Source: Paramoeba atlantica
Taxonomy: Eukaryota > Protista > Discosea
Direction of reading: 5' to 3'
Length of the DNA: 64,000 nucleotides
Assembly (NCBI GenBank): GCA_977017575.1
Contig: CDRNVI010000040.1
Location: 558,001 to 622,000, forward strand
The translations under genes and the position numbers were made by a program. Below, piece after piece: positions 54,340-64,000 of the stretch. Every line of letters begins with the position of its first letter. The stretch's first letter is position 1. The notes beneath the pieces were generated by a model. That model ran no database searches, had not been told where the DNA came from, and saw only the letters and a program-made list of their open reading frames with translations.

Positions 54340-55245
54340 ATGCTGAGCCGCATCTCGGAAGATACAACCAGTGATTCATCTTATCATCTTTCAACGGACT
54401 CGGATTTCAGCGATGAATCTTCCCATAGTATTAGCAGTGGGGGTAGCTCTCCAGCTTCTTCCATTTATTCCTTACCTGTGATGAGTTCTATTGACAAAGC
54501 GCAAACTACAGACTACAATGCATTATCCAAAGCCATTGAACAGTATTCATCGTTGTTAAATGACGGATTGCGTTCCTTTTCCGACTGGAAAACCCTTCAA
54601 AAGGTCCATCACCCCTGTCTGCAAAGAGATGCAAATAAATGGACACGGTGGAGCAATCCCTTACGTCGATACATTCTTCGTCCTGTTACTGGTTCTGAAG
54701 TACATGAAACAGAGCGCAAATTATGTAAGCAGTTCGAAACTGATAATGTCACTCTTGTTCGTGGGACAACAGCGCATAAAAGCACAAGCCCGTCGTGCAC
54801 AAGCCCGTCTCTTCAGTGCTCCGCACTAATGACGATCAGCGGTGTTCCACCAAATATAGGTCAGTCAAATCAAATAGAGGTAAAGCAACAAATTACTGAT
54901 CACGAAACAGCACGCAACGAAGATAGTGGTTCTATGCTTTTCTACATCACACCTGCACGTACGACGTACCTTCGTCGTTGGTCAGACAAAAAGAGACAAG
55001 AAACACATAGTCAGAATACGCTAACACACCTAACAGAAGAAACCAAAGATAATAATGGTATATCTTTAACAGTGGTAGATGAATCGCAAGCTGCCTGGAA
55101 GTTTTATAAAAGCACTACCTCTGAAAAAATACGTCGCGAATTAGATGCGCGTCGTAAGGAGGATACCCATGTCGATACAGAAAACTTTTTAACTAGAGCA
55201 CGTGATCGCACTGAGATTTACAGCGAGAACTTGAAGAGAAAATGA
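54340..55245 (+). CDS. BCNT-C domain protein (SWC5/CFDP1-like)
   Basis: Acidic/Ser N-terminus. The C-terminus LTVVDESQAAW...IRRELD..RKED.HVD..NFL.R..DR resembles the BCNT consensus (TLEKS..DW....I.EEL....KDGYL....FL.R.D.R). Confidence 0.55.
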   Translation: MLSRISEDTTSDSSYHLSTDSDFSDESSHSISSGGSSPASSIYSLPVMSSIDKAQTTDYNALSKAIEQYSSLLNDGLRSFSDWKTLQKVHHPCLQRDANKWTRWSNPLRRYILRPVTGSEVHETERKLCKQFETDNVTLVRGTTAHKSTSPSCTSPSLQCSALMTISGVPPNIGQSNQIEVKQQITDHETARNEDSGSMLFYITPARTTYLRRWSDKKRQETHSQNTLTHLTEETKDNNGISLTVVDESQAAWKFYKSTTSEKIRRELDARRKEDTHVDTENFLTRARDRTEIYSENLKRK

Positions 55246-55839
55246 AAGTTCTGTAATTTGCAAAAGGCTGAAAATTAGCACGTGAGTAATTAGAAGAATT
55301 TAAGTAGAAAGAAGGAGGTCTCTCTAAGTAAGTAGTAGTAACAAGCCAAAAATATACGTTGAAACTGAACCAAACTCCGCACTTTTGCTCATTTCTTCAA
55401 AAATATTTTTTCTAGTTACCGATCTCCATGCGCAGCGAACTTCTGTTGAGCTCCCATTGAGTAGAACCTAAGCAACCGTACCATGTTGGATGACTATAAA
55501 GGAATGCGAACATAAAAGAATATAACTTTCAATTTAATAAATTTTATTACATAACCATGTTGGAGTAATCTGTAAGGAAATTATTTCTTCGTTGTTGTAG
55601 ACAAATATTTGCTAATGAATCTAGGCCAAGCTTGTCGCCTTTCTTCCGATGCGCGACGGTCAACCTGCTATATTACGTTTGGATTCAATTCATACAACCT
55701 GATTTAATAAGCCGTTCCCATGAAATCGTTTCAATTTGCCAGTACATGATGAATGGAGGCCCGGCTTTCCAATGCGTAAGCCAGGATACCACGCTCTGGC
55801 TGTTAGAAACCAAAAGTGCTTTTCTTTGGTGTTGTTCGC

Positions 55840-55880
55840 AGGAAAAGGACTCGAGATATAAGATCTCGAGTCCTTTTCCT
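55840..55880. repeat. Perfect 18-bp inverted repeat with 5-nt loop
   Basis: aggaaaaggactcgagat-ataag-atctcgagtccttttcct. Confidence 0.85.
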
Positions 55881-56544
55881 TTGTTCGGAGGGCATTGAAC
55901 AGTTATGGGTTAGTTAAGTGTTTAAAGAGAATTGCTGCCTCGTCCATACCGCTCTCTTCTGCTATTTTGATGAGTATTCCTGTATCCATTTTTGCAGATG
56001 TTACTGGGTCCGTAGGCCAGTCTTTAAAAGACTCAAATTTTCGCTCCCTGAGAGTTCGAATTTGTACTCTTGAGTACGTATACTCTTGAGTACTCTTGAG
56101 TGCGTATGTTATAAAATCATACAGTACTCTTCAAGGGGAGGTGTCGGCACCGACTGGTGTGGCAGCGAAGCTCGCCCGCGGTGTTAAGTTCTGGGATCTT
56201 TTTACCCTTTTATTGTGCTGGGGGGGTTCCGTTCCTCCCATGTTAGTTGTTCTAAAATTTCTGCTGCCTGGGCTTTGTCCCATGCATACTGGATTTTCTC
56301 CTTGTCGAATTGGTCCGCAACGGAGGCGAAAGCCCGTGGTTTAGAGGGTTGTTTAGATACTACCGTCACCCCCCCCCCTCACTTGTCCTCCTAGGTGACA
56401 TATCCTCTTTTTACAATCGATGAGAGGATATGTCACCTAGTACCAAGATACGAAAGCGGGGACAAGTCAGGGGCAATGACGATACAATGATCATTATTAT
56501 TTAAGATTCATTATTTACATTCATTTCATTACTCAAATATAGTT

Positions 56545-56679
56545 AAACGGGGGTCCCGTTTCGCATACCTGTGACCTCGTACCATACCGAGGGGGGTATG
56601 CTATCGACCCCGAGTCACGATACCATACCCCCCTCGGTATGGTGCGAGGTCACAGGTATGCGAAACTGAACCCCCGTTT
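56545..56679. repeat. Long hairpin, ~56-bp arms and ~23-nt loop
   Basis: aaacggggg..tttcgcatacctgtgacctcgtaccataccgaggggggtatg and its near-perfect inverted copy. Confidence 0.85.
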
Positions 56680-56717
56680 TTCAGATAGAGAAGGTGTGAT
56701 GTCCCACGTAGGTCATA

Positions 56718-57351
56718 CTATCCCCCCCTATTTAATAGGGCTACGTGCGACCCCCTCTTTAATAGGGCCATTCGGTCAGGAAGGCCCAAAAAGGTTTCAG
56801 GGAAAGTGCCAAAAAATTGTCGAATGCGCCGCGAAGCGGTGGATTTTTTTTTTGTATCTACCGCAACAACCCAAAGTGTATCAAAAGGGAGTTGCATGTT
56901 TCACAACGATAAAAAAGGCGCCGCGAAGCCTGTGCCGATTTTTTTCTTTCACGTTACCGTAGACCCCCCCCGAGTAATAGAATCGATTTTGGGTCAAAAT
57001 GGCCAAATCCTTGTTACTGGGGGGGGGTATGCTTTTTGGGTGAGAAAGGACCTTTTTTGTTCATGAGTGCGTTGATTTTCAGCCTATCCAACCCCGCAAC
57101 CACGCCATTCGCTCCCTCGCAACCGCCCTCACCCCGCCCAGCCACCCCCTCCCGCCTAAACACCCCCTCCCCCCTCCAACGACCCTCCCGAGTCAAATCC
57201 TTGTTACTGGGGGTCAGCCGAAAAAGGGTCAAATCCTTGTTACTGGGGGGGTCTATTACTGGGGGGGGGGGTCTACGGTATATTCCATGTCCCCCCCTTT
57301 ATTAGGGCCTTTTGCCCAAAATCGGAGTCCTATTAAATAGGGGGGGGATAG
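56718..57351. mobile_element. MITE with TIR CTATCCCCCCCTATTTAATAGG, 634 bp
   Basis: TA at 56716-17 and 57352-53; contains the 322-bp MITE. Confidence 0.8.
56957..57278. mobile_element. pogo/Tc2-like MITE (TIR CCGTAGACCCCCCC..AGTAATAGA), 322 bp
   Basis: TA at 56955-56 and 57279-80. Related fragments at 46614-46688 and 57814-57990. Confidence 0.85.
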
Positions 57352-58159
57352 TAACTCTATGGAACATTATTTGTTTGTTTTCTCCCCGTCTAACTCATTC
57401 TACCCCGTTTAACTCATTCTACCCCGTTTAACTCATTCTTTAGTATAGCAGGCCGAGAGTAACTAATAGAAAAAATAAGCACACTCGAAGTCGGTACTAG
57501 GTGACTCGTCCTCCTAGGTGACATATCCGCTTTTGGCTGTTTTTTCCACTTTTGCGAGGATACATGTTTTGCGAGGATGTACTCCCCTTTTAATTAATTT
57601 TTATAAATGGGTCATTTAGGGGCATTTATAAAAATATATTATTTATACAAAAATATATTTTTTATGAATTATAAATCAAAAATCGATAAAGTATTTCCCG
57701 AAAACACCTCTCCAGCTGATTGAATTTGAAAGAGTAAAGTAAATGTTTTGTTTGAAGTTTTTGAGTAATTTTGTGCTTACCCATACAGTAATTGTAAACG
57801 ATATAAGCTCATACCGTATATACCCCCCGTAATAGATCCCCCAAGAACAGAGACTTGGCCCTTTTTGGGCTGAACCTCAGTAACAAGAATTTTTCTTAAC
57901 AAGGTCTTTTCTCGCCCAAAAAGCATACCCCCGAGTAACAAGGATTTGGCCACTTTGGTCCAAAATTGATTCTATTACTGGGGCATGGATTCTATTTCCT
58001 TAATACATATATTTTAAAAAGTTTATCAATAGTGACACACGTAATCCGGTCCCTTACGGCCTTCACCCCTGCTTTAATCCACCCATGCACCTTTTCACCG
58101 GTACCTGCGATCCAATCTATCCTTGACCTTTTCACCAATTTTAGTTTTTACCCAACGTA

Positions 58160-58251
58160 CCCTCTTCTAATAAATTTTTATAAAGTATAATTATAAATAT
58201 AAATGCAAATGTTTTATATTTTATATTTATAAAAATTTATTAGAAGAGGAG
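58160..58251. mobile_element. 92-bp miniature of the CTCCCCCTCTCATTAAT-related family
   Basis: TA|ccctcttctaataaatttttataaa ... tttataaaaatttattagaagaggag|TA. An unpaired decayed left end lies at 57582. Confidence 0.65.
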
Positions 58252-58279
58252 TATGTGAGGCGGGGTGACGGTAGATAGT

Positions 58280-58803
58280 AGTTTCTGCGAACCCCCAAAA
58301 AAATCAAAAAAAGGGGTGTCCCTAGGGGGGGGCATACGCCAGGAAATAAAAAATTGTTTTCGTAAAAAACGCAGAAGAAAGAAAAAAAGAAAAACGTTGG
58401 GTAGCCGGGGGATTGGCACGCATTTTACACCCTCATACCCGGGGGTGCCCCCCTCGTATGCGCAGGACGGGTCCGCCAATTTCGGACTTTTCACGCAAAA
58501 AAATTTAAAAAAATGGTAAAAAGGGGTATTTTTTTAAAAACGTTTCCCCTATTGTGTTTCGAGAGTTTGAGACCTCTACTCGCCTTTTACGACGTTTTTT
58601 CGTAAGACACCCTTTATTGTAGCTGCGACAGGGCTAACAAAATGAGCTTTCCTTGGCTTAAATCCTTCCGTTTCCTTCAGCTTTCCAGGCCAAATTTTCT
58701 TTTTTAGACTCTTCGTTAAACGCTGTGGTAGTTTTCAACGCGAAGCGCGCAGCATGAGTGACTTCTAAGTTGAAAACAACCACTGCGTTTAACGAAGATA
58801 CTA
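58280..58803 (-). repeat. Diverged, internally deleted copy E of the palindrome-headed repeat
   Basis: Palindrome at 58705-58803 and homology to the gcggacccgtcctgc..ggggg core. A forward 3'-end fragment follows at ~58815-58917. Confidence 0.75.
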
Positions 58804-59059
58804 AATTTACTACATTGTAATGTGTTCCTCTCTATTATTCACTCTCTTTGTTCACTACTTTTCAATAACCGAAGGTAGAGCGGTATAGTTGCGGTTACAG
58901 TTATACAACTACCGCGACAGCTTTAAACCAAAGTTTGCTTTTTGGAAATCGAAAAGTGCTAACCAAGGACACCTGGTCTCGGTTTTATACCCGTGTCCTA
59001 GCATCCTATATCCTCTATTACTTTCTGTGGAATTTCCTTACAATTCTGGTTATTTTTCT

Positions 59060-59530
59060 ATGATCTCCTGCAGTGATTGTGGACAACAAAGTCGTTCCTC
59101 AAAGGTCAAAGGAACACAACTTCCTCAGGAATTTCACCTTATGAAACTCATAGCTAATATGTCGAACTTACATTCCACTTGGAAGCCAGATGTTCCTTTG
59201 GCCGAGTGGGAAGGTATCACACTTGATGCGAAAGGAAATGTAATACAAATTATTTGGAGGAGTATGGGGCTTGGTGGTACTCTTAATTGGTCACATATTC
59301 CTCATACTGTGCGTGAAATTAAAATTGGTGGCAATAAATTGGAAGGTCGACTCGATTTAACATGTCTACCTTCCTGTCTGCAGCGCTTGGACGTTGATGG
59401 GAATCGCTTCTTGGGGCCAACTGATTTCAGCATGTTGCCAGAGAGTCTTATGTTTCTACATATTGATGCTGAATTATCTTCCCTCGATGGATCAGTTCCA
59501 CATTGTGTCACATATTGCTTTGGCAATTAG
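59060..59530 (+). CDS. Short leucine-rich repeat protein
   Basis: KVKGTQLPQ...WEGITL N-cap and three LRRs. ATG at 59060 preferred over the upstream TTG, which lies in repeat DNA. Confidence 0.8.
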   Translation: MISCSDCGQQSRSSKVKGTQLPQEFHLMKLIANMSNLHSTWKPDVPLAEWEGITLDAKGNVIQIIWRSMGLGGTLNWSHIPHTVREIKIGGNKLEGRLDLTCLPSCLQRLDVDGNRFLGPTDFSMLPESLMFLHIDAELSSLDGSVPHCVTYCFGN

Positions 59531-59735
59531 TCAAGATGGACTAGTATAAATTGTCTAGTTTAAATTATTCTGCATTCTTTGCCATGTAAAAAAACATAGA
59601 TTATAGAGTAATATGCATTACCTTTTTATAGAGTAATATGCATTAGCGCAATTAATTGACAGATTTTTTGGTCAGAAATACACTGTAAGTTATTCTACTG
59701 ATGCCGCTAATTTGGTTTATTGCGGTGGTTGTATA

Positions 59736-60450
59736 AGAGGGCTGAAACCACCTGGGTTTGCCTGGGTTTGCTCATTTTCAATATTGTACAGTGCTTTCAA
59801 GATATCTTCCCCCTTGCGGAAATTTGTTTTTTTTGTCTGTTTTTTTCTCATTTTTGCAGCATTGAATAGATCTCGTTCCCCTGGTGAATAGCTTTGCCGC
59901 CTTGTTTATGTAGGGCCCCCCTGGTTCCCCCTGGGTCCAAAATACTTGGTTTCCGGGGGTCATATTTCTGAAACACATCATTTCTTCTCGCTTTTTTTGT
60001 CGATTTATGCTTTGTCAAAATATTTTATCTCGCATTTTAGCTTGTTTTCATTGTGTTTGATAGATCTCGTTCCTAGCAAATGCCTTTGTTCCTTTTTTTT
60101 ATTTGATGGAGAAATTTTGCCACCACCCGGTGTCCAACCGGAAGGCTTTTCTTGATCGAGTGAGCCGGCCACCTTCCAGTGGCAAGATGAATGAGTGTTT
60201 CCATTCACGCACTCAGGGGAGACACCCCATTACAGGGTACTCGCTCCCTACACGCTCCCTGCACCCCCAACCTGGACCCGGCTTCGCCTCCCCTATAGCT
60301 TCCATATATCCCCCTGGAACCCCCTAGACCCCCCACCCGGATTCTCCAGCGAACTCCATAGCCGAAAAAACGCCAAGTACCTTTGCCATCGGTTTTTTTG
60401 GGACCTGACTGGGTTTGCCTGGGTTTGCATTTTACTGGTTTCAGCCCTCT
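59736..60450. mobile_element. TIR element (perfect 15-bp AGAGGGCTGAAACCA), 715 bp, inserted into the terminal hairpin of repeat copy F
   Basis: Flanks ttgcggtggttgtata | aactaccgctct rejoin to the known hairpin. Subterminal ctgggtttgc repeats. Confidence 0.75.
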
Positions 60451-61130
60451 AACTACCGCTCTACCCTTTCTTATTGCAAAAAAAGTGAACAAAAACAGTG
60501 AAAATATAAAGAGGAACACAGTAATAAAGAAGAATTTATAATAGAAGAAAAAAATACTAAAGGGGGTCCCAGTGGTCCAAAACTGAAAAACAAAATTGAA
60601 AAAAATGGGAGGTCCAGGGGGGAGGGGCACACGTCGTTTTTTGAAATGTTCAAAATCTTGATTTTCGAAATCAAGCCCTGGAAAGTGGTAGAGTATGCCG
60701 CGGCGATAATTTTCCACCCCCCCACCTGGGGGTGACCCCTCCTGGTATGCGCAGGAGGGGTCCGACAAGTTCGAAAATTCCGAAATTTTATGACCCAAAA
60801 AAAAGTGAAAACAAGGTTTTTCCAAAATCGATTCCTAAGTCGCATTTTGAGAGTTTCGGATCTCAGCTAGGTGCACTGCCTACCCCTACTGGTAATGCAT
60901 CAAACACGGCCCTAATTTGGGGTAAAATTTCGCATTTTTCGCCCAAAAATCGGGCTTTTTTACCCAAAAGGTAGATTGATGAAAAAATAGATTATTCATT
61001 AGCTTTTAGCAATTTTTCTTTTTTAGGCTTCGTTAAACGCTGTGGTAGTTTTCAACGCAAAGCGCCCAGCAGTGATGCCTTCTAAGTTGAAAACAACCAC
61101 CGCGTTTAACGAAGCGACTAAAAAAGAAAA
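60451..61130 (-). repeat. Diverged copy F of the palindrome-headed repeat
   Basis: Palindrome at 61024-61120; head-to-tail with copy C. Confidence 0.75.
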
Positions 61131-61139
61131 ATTATTTCT

Positions 61140-62452
61140 TAATAAATCTTATTTATCTATTTATTAAATAGAGATTTATCCATTTATTAAATATCTATTT
61201 GTTAAATAAAGATCAAAATACCGTCAAAGTACTTATTAACAGAATAAAAATCATTGGAATAAAAATTAACGGAATAATTATTAACGGAATAATTATTTTC
61301 TTTAAGATTTTCACCAAAATCTTCCCAAACATTTTAGTCAGTGGGCGGTCTGTTCATCAACAAAATTCGAAGTATTTCTCTTCTGAAGAAAAAAAGCGAC
61401 GTTACCGCGAAAAGATGAATCGATTAAGACGTATCAGCAGAACTTTTCCCTTGACGCTTAAAGTTTTGTAGAAATTTAGTAAAAATCATTGGAATAATAA
61501 TTAACGGAATAATTTCTGCCCAAAAAAAGCATTCCGTTAATTACTATTATTGGGGTGGGTGTAAAACTACCGCTTTGCACTCGATTATTGAAAAAAAAGT
61601 GAACAAAAACAGTGAAAATATAAAGAGGAACACAGTAATATAATAGAAGAAAAAAATATAAAAGGGGGCTCCGGTGGTCCAAAACTGAAAAAAAAATTTG
61701 AAAAAAATGGGGGGTCCATGGGGGGGGTCCAGGGGGGGGGGTCCGGGGGGGGGGTCCAGGGGGGTCATGGTCGAGCAAGTTTTTTCGAAAAAATTAGTTT
61801 TCGAAAAAACACCGCAGAAAGGGTAGCCGGGGTCTTGGCGCGCATTTTCCACCCCCCTACCCCGGGGTGATCCCCCCGCGTATCCGCAGGACGGGTCCGC
61901 CAAGTTCGGATTTTTTCGGAAAAAAAAATTTGAAAAAAATTTCAACTTGGCGAAAAAAATGGCAAAAAAAATATTTTTCCAAAATCGTTTCCCCTATTGT
62001 ATTTTGATAGTTTGGGACCTACACTAGCCTTCTCCGCAGTTGTTTTCGCAAGGTATCCCTTCTTCGAACCGTGGTGCGCCCCTCAAAATGACCCATTTTT
62101 GACTAAAAAAGGTGAAAAAGTATTTTTCGGACCTAAAGGGGCATTTTAGTGTCGAAAGAATGGTATGGTTGGAGTCGCATTCTCTACCCAATACGTTTGG
62201 TAGGCTTCCATTCATGCCTACGAGTGATTTCCCACGCGCAAATGTCGGATTTAGTGCTCTGACAGCAAAAATACGCGAAAATCACCCCGAAATTCGGCTA
62301 TTTTTGGCTATAATCTTTCCGTTTTCCAGGCTAAATTTTCTTTTTTAGGCTCTTCTTTAAACGCGGCGGTAGTTTTCAACGCGAAGCGCGCAGCATGAGT
62401 GACTTCTAAGTTGAAAACAACCACCGCGTTTAACGAAGAGCCTAAAAAAGAA
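61140..62452 (-). repeat. Palindrome-headed repeat, copy C, with ~400 bp of flank shared with copy B
   Basis: Palindrome at 62346-62444. Shares diagnostic variants with B (gtttaaagaagagcc, atggaagcc, gggtagagaatg). Confidence 0.9.
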
Positions 62453-62614
62453 TTGCGGTCAATGTGCAGTAAATATTGTTAATAAGTACTTTGACGGTAG
62501 ATATTAAATTTTAATATCTATTTGATCTTTATTTGTTTATTTTATCTATTTAATCTTAATAAACTTTTTCTTAATAAATGTTAGTTCGTCAACGGTATTT
62601 TATGTACTTGTAAA

Positions 62615-64000
62615 ATGGTGCAGATCGATGCAGGCGATCTGGGTGAGGAAAAAGAAATCATGCATTCATCTTGCAAGCTTACAACAGAAAGCTCATGTCT
62701 AAATGAATCACTTTTAGACTCGGAAGATGATTTCGTACTAAAAGAATGCGACAATGCTCTAAGTGATGTTCAACCAGATAATCCTGTTCTTGTGTCTGAG
62801 GCACCAACACTAGCTAAGGAGACGTATGCAGAATTGCAAGATTTGCTTCATAAGACAAGTTTATTTTCAGATTTTGTATCTTCGCAAACGGGACGGTGGC
62901 GAGAAACCTTGCTATCCCGAGATAACAGGGTTGGAAGAGGTGAACATTTTGGTGATGGTAAAATAGATCAACTCGATAATGTGCAACAACCGCGTCTTTT
63001 GAGTGGAGGAAAAATACATGCATACCAATTGTATGCTGTACAGTGGCTAATGTCGCTTTATCTTAATGGAATGAATGGAATTCTTGCGGATGAAATGGGT
63101 TTGGGCAAAACCATTACACTCATTGCATATCTTTCAGAATTATGGGATCATGGAATTCACGGTCCTCATCTCATCGTTGTTCCCAAGACTACGCTTACGA
63201 ACTGGGTAAACGAGTTTGAAAAATGGGCTCCGTCTCTCCGCGTTGTGTGCTACACTGGTCATAAGGAGCCACGGAGACGCATCCGGAAATATCTTCGCTC
63301 AAAGACCACAAAATTTTCTAATGAAATTTCTCGTGGATTTATTCTTTTGACAAGCTACTCATTGATCCTACATGACAAAAGTTTCTTTCAGCGATATCAA
63401 TGGTCCGTGCTTAGCGTCGACGAAGCTCACCGATTAAAGCGTTTTGATTGTTTGCTTATTCGAGAATTACGAGACTTGAAAACTGAAAATCGTGTCCTTC
63501 TAACGGGAACGCCGTTGCAAAACAAGCTATCTGAGCTTTGGTCCATTCTTAATTTCGTAATGCCCGAAGTTTTTCCGACTCTTCAGAAGTTTGGTGAATG
63601 GTTTATGGTGGACAATTTAGAAGATTATTCAGAGGACAAGGTATATGCAACAGTTTTACATAGTACACAACAGCGCGAGGCAATGACACGCATGCATCAT
63701 ATACTAAAACCCTTCGTGCTGAGGCGTTTGAAGTCTCAGCTAGGTATTTCGTTACCTCCTAAGACAGAGTTAGTTTTGAGGTGTCCCTTCACCACATTTC
63801 AAGAAGCATGTTACCGCGCAGTGGCCAGGAGAGGTGATTCTTTACGTGGGAAAGCAGGTAAACTCGGTTCCATGCCATCTCCGAAAGGTGGCAATTTGAG
63901 TAGCATGTCGAAAATTCGGTCATGTTCTCTGGAATCTCTCAACAATACACTTGTTCATTTGCGAAAGGTATGCGCTCACCCTTTTCTTTTTCCTTCTTTT
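62615..64000 (+). CDS. SNF2-family helicase, LSH/HELLS/DDM1-like (3' truncated by window edge; absent from the ORF track)
   Basis: LQDLLHKTSLFSDFV, QPRLLSGG..HAYQ, NGILADEMGLGKT, GPHLIVVP.TTL.NW, VDEAHRLK, LLTGTPLQN.LSELWS.LNF.MPEVF, LKPFVLRRLK and LNN.LVHLRKVCAHPFLF. Confidence 0.85.
   Translation, partial: MVQIDAGDLGEEKEIMHSSCKLTTESSCLNESLLDSEDDFVLKECDNALSDVQPDNPVLVSEAPTLAKETYAELQDLLHKTSLFSDFVSSQTGRWRETLLSRDNRVGRGEHFGDGKIDQLDNVQQPRLLSGGKIHAYQLYAVQWLMSLYLNGMNGILADEMGLGKTITLIAYLSELWDHGIHGPHLIVVPKTTLTNWVNEFEKWAPSLRVVCYTGHKEPRRRIRKYLRSKTTKFSNEISRGFILLTSYSLILHDKSFFQRYQWSVLSVDEAHRLKRFDCLLIRELRDLKTENRVLLTGTPLQNKLSELWSILNFVMPEVFPTLQKFGEWFMVDNLEDYSEDKVYATVLHSTQQREAMTRMHHILKPFVLRRLKSQLGISLPPKTELVLRCPFTTFQEACYRAVARRGDSLRGKAGKLGSMPSPKGGNLSSMSKIRSCSLESLNNTLVHLRKVCAHPFLFPSF

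Larger units (their letters stand above)
56363..58271. mobile_element. Putative outer TIR element (CCGTCACCCC..CTCAC), 1909 bp, TA-flanked, hosting nested MITEs
   Basis: TA|ccgtcaccccccccctcac ... gtgaggcggggtgacgg|TA. Confidence 0.65.

Overview
This is eukaryotic nuclear DNA from a kinetoplastid. About 24 intact, intron-less genes lie head-to-tail, all on the + strand, like one polycistronic unit. Kinetoplastid-diagnostic proteins include RET1-type TUTase, DOT1B-like, euglenozoan-type F1-beta and a KKT4-like BRCT protein. The divergent proteins and the expanded short LRR family suggest a Perkinsela-like prokinetoplastid (inference). Housekeeping genes are VPS13, a CDK, PIG-A, RPN5, TSR1, eIF2B-epsilon, UTP13, aroC, ATP synthase beta, DPH1, SWC5-like and an LSH-like SNF2. 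The intergenic DNA is unusually rich in mobile-element structure. (i) Two tandem ~0.6 kb units that each begin with a spliced-leader-like exon and GT donor interrupt an LRR pseudogene. (ii) At least seven TA-flanked terminal-inverted-repeat (Tc1/mariner/pogo-type) non-autonomous families occur, some nested three deep. (iii) A ~1 kb repeat headed by a 99-bp palindrome and ended by a related short hairpin occurs in about six copies. (iv) Minus-strand relics of a REL endonuclease and an RNase H are present. Protein identifications come from remembered motifs, not database searches.
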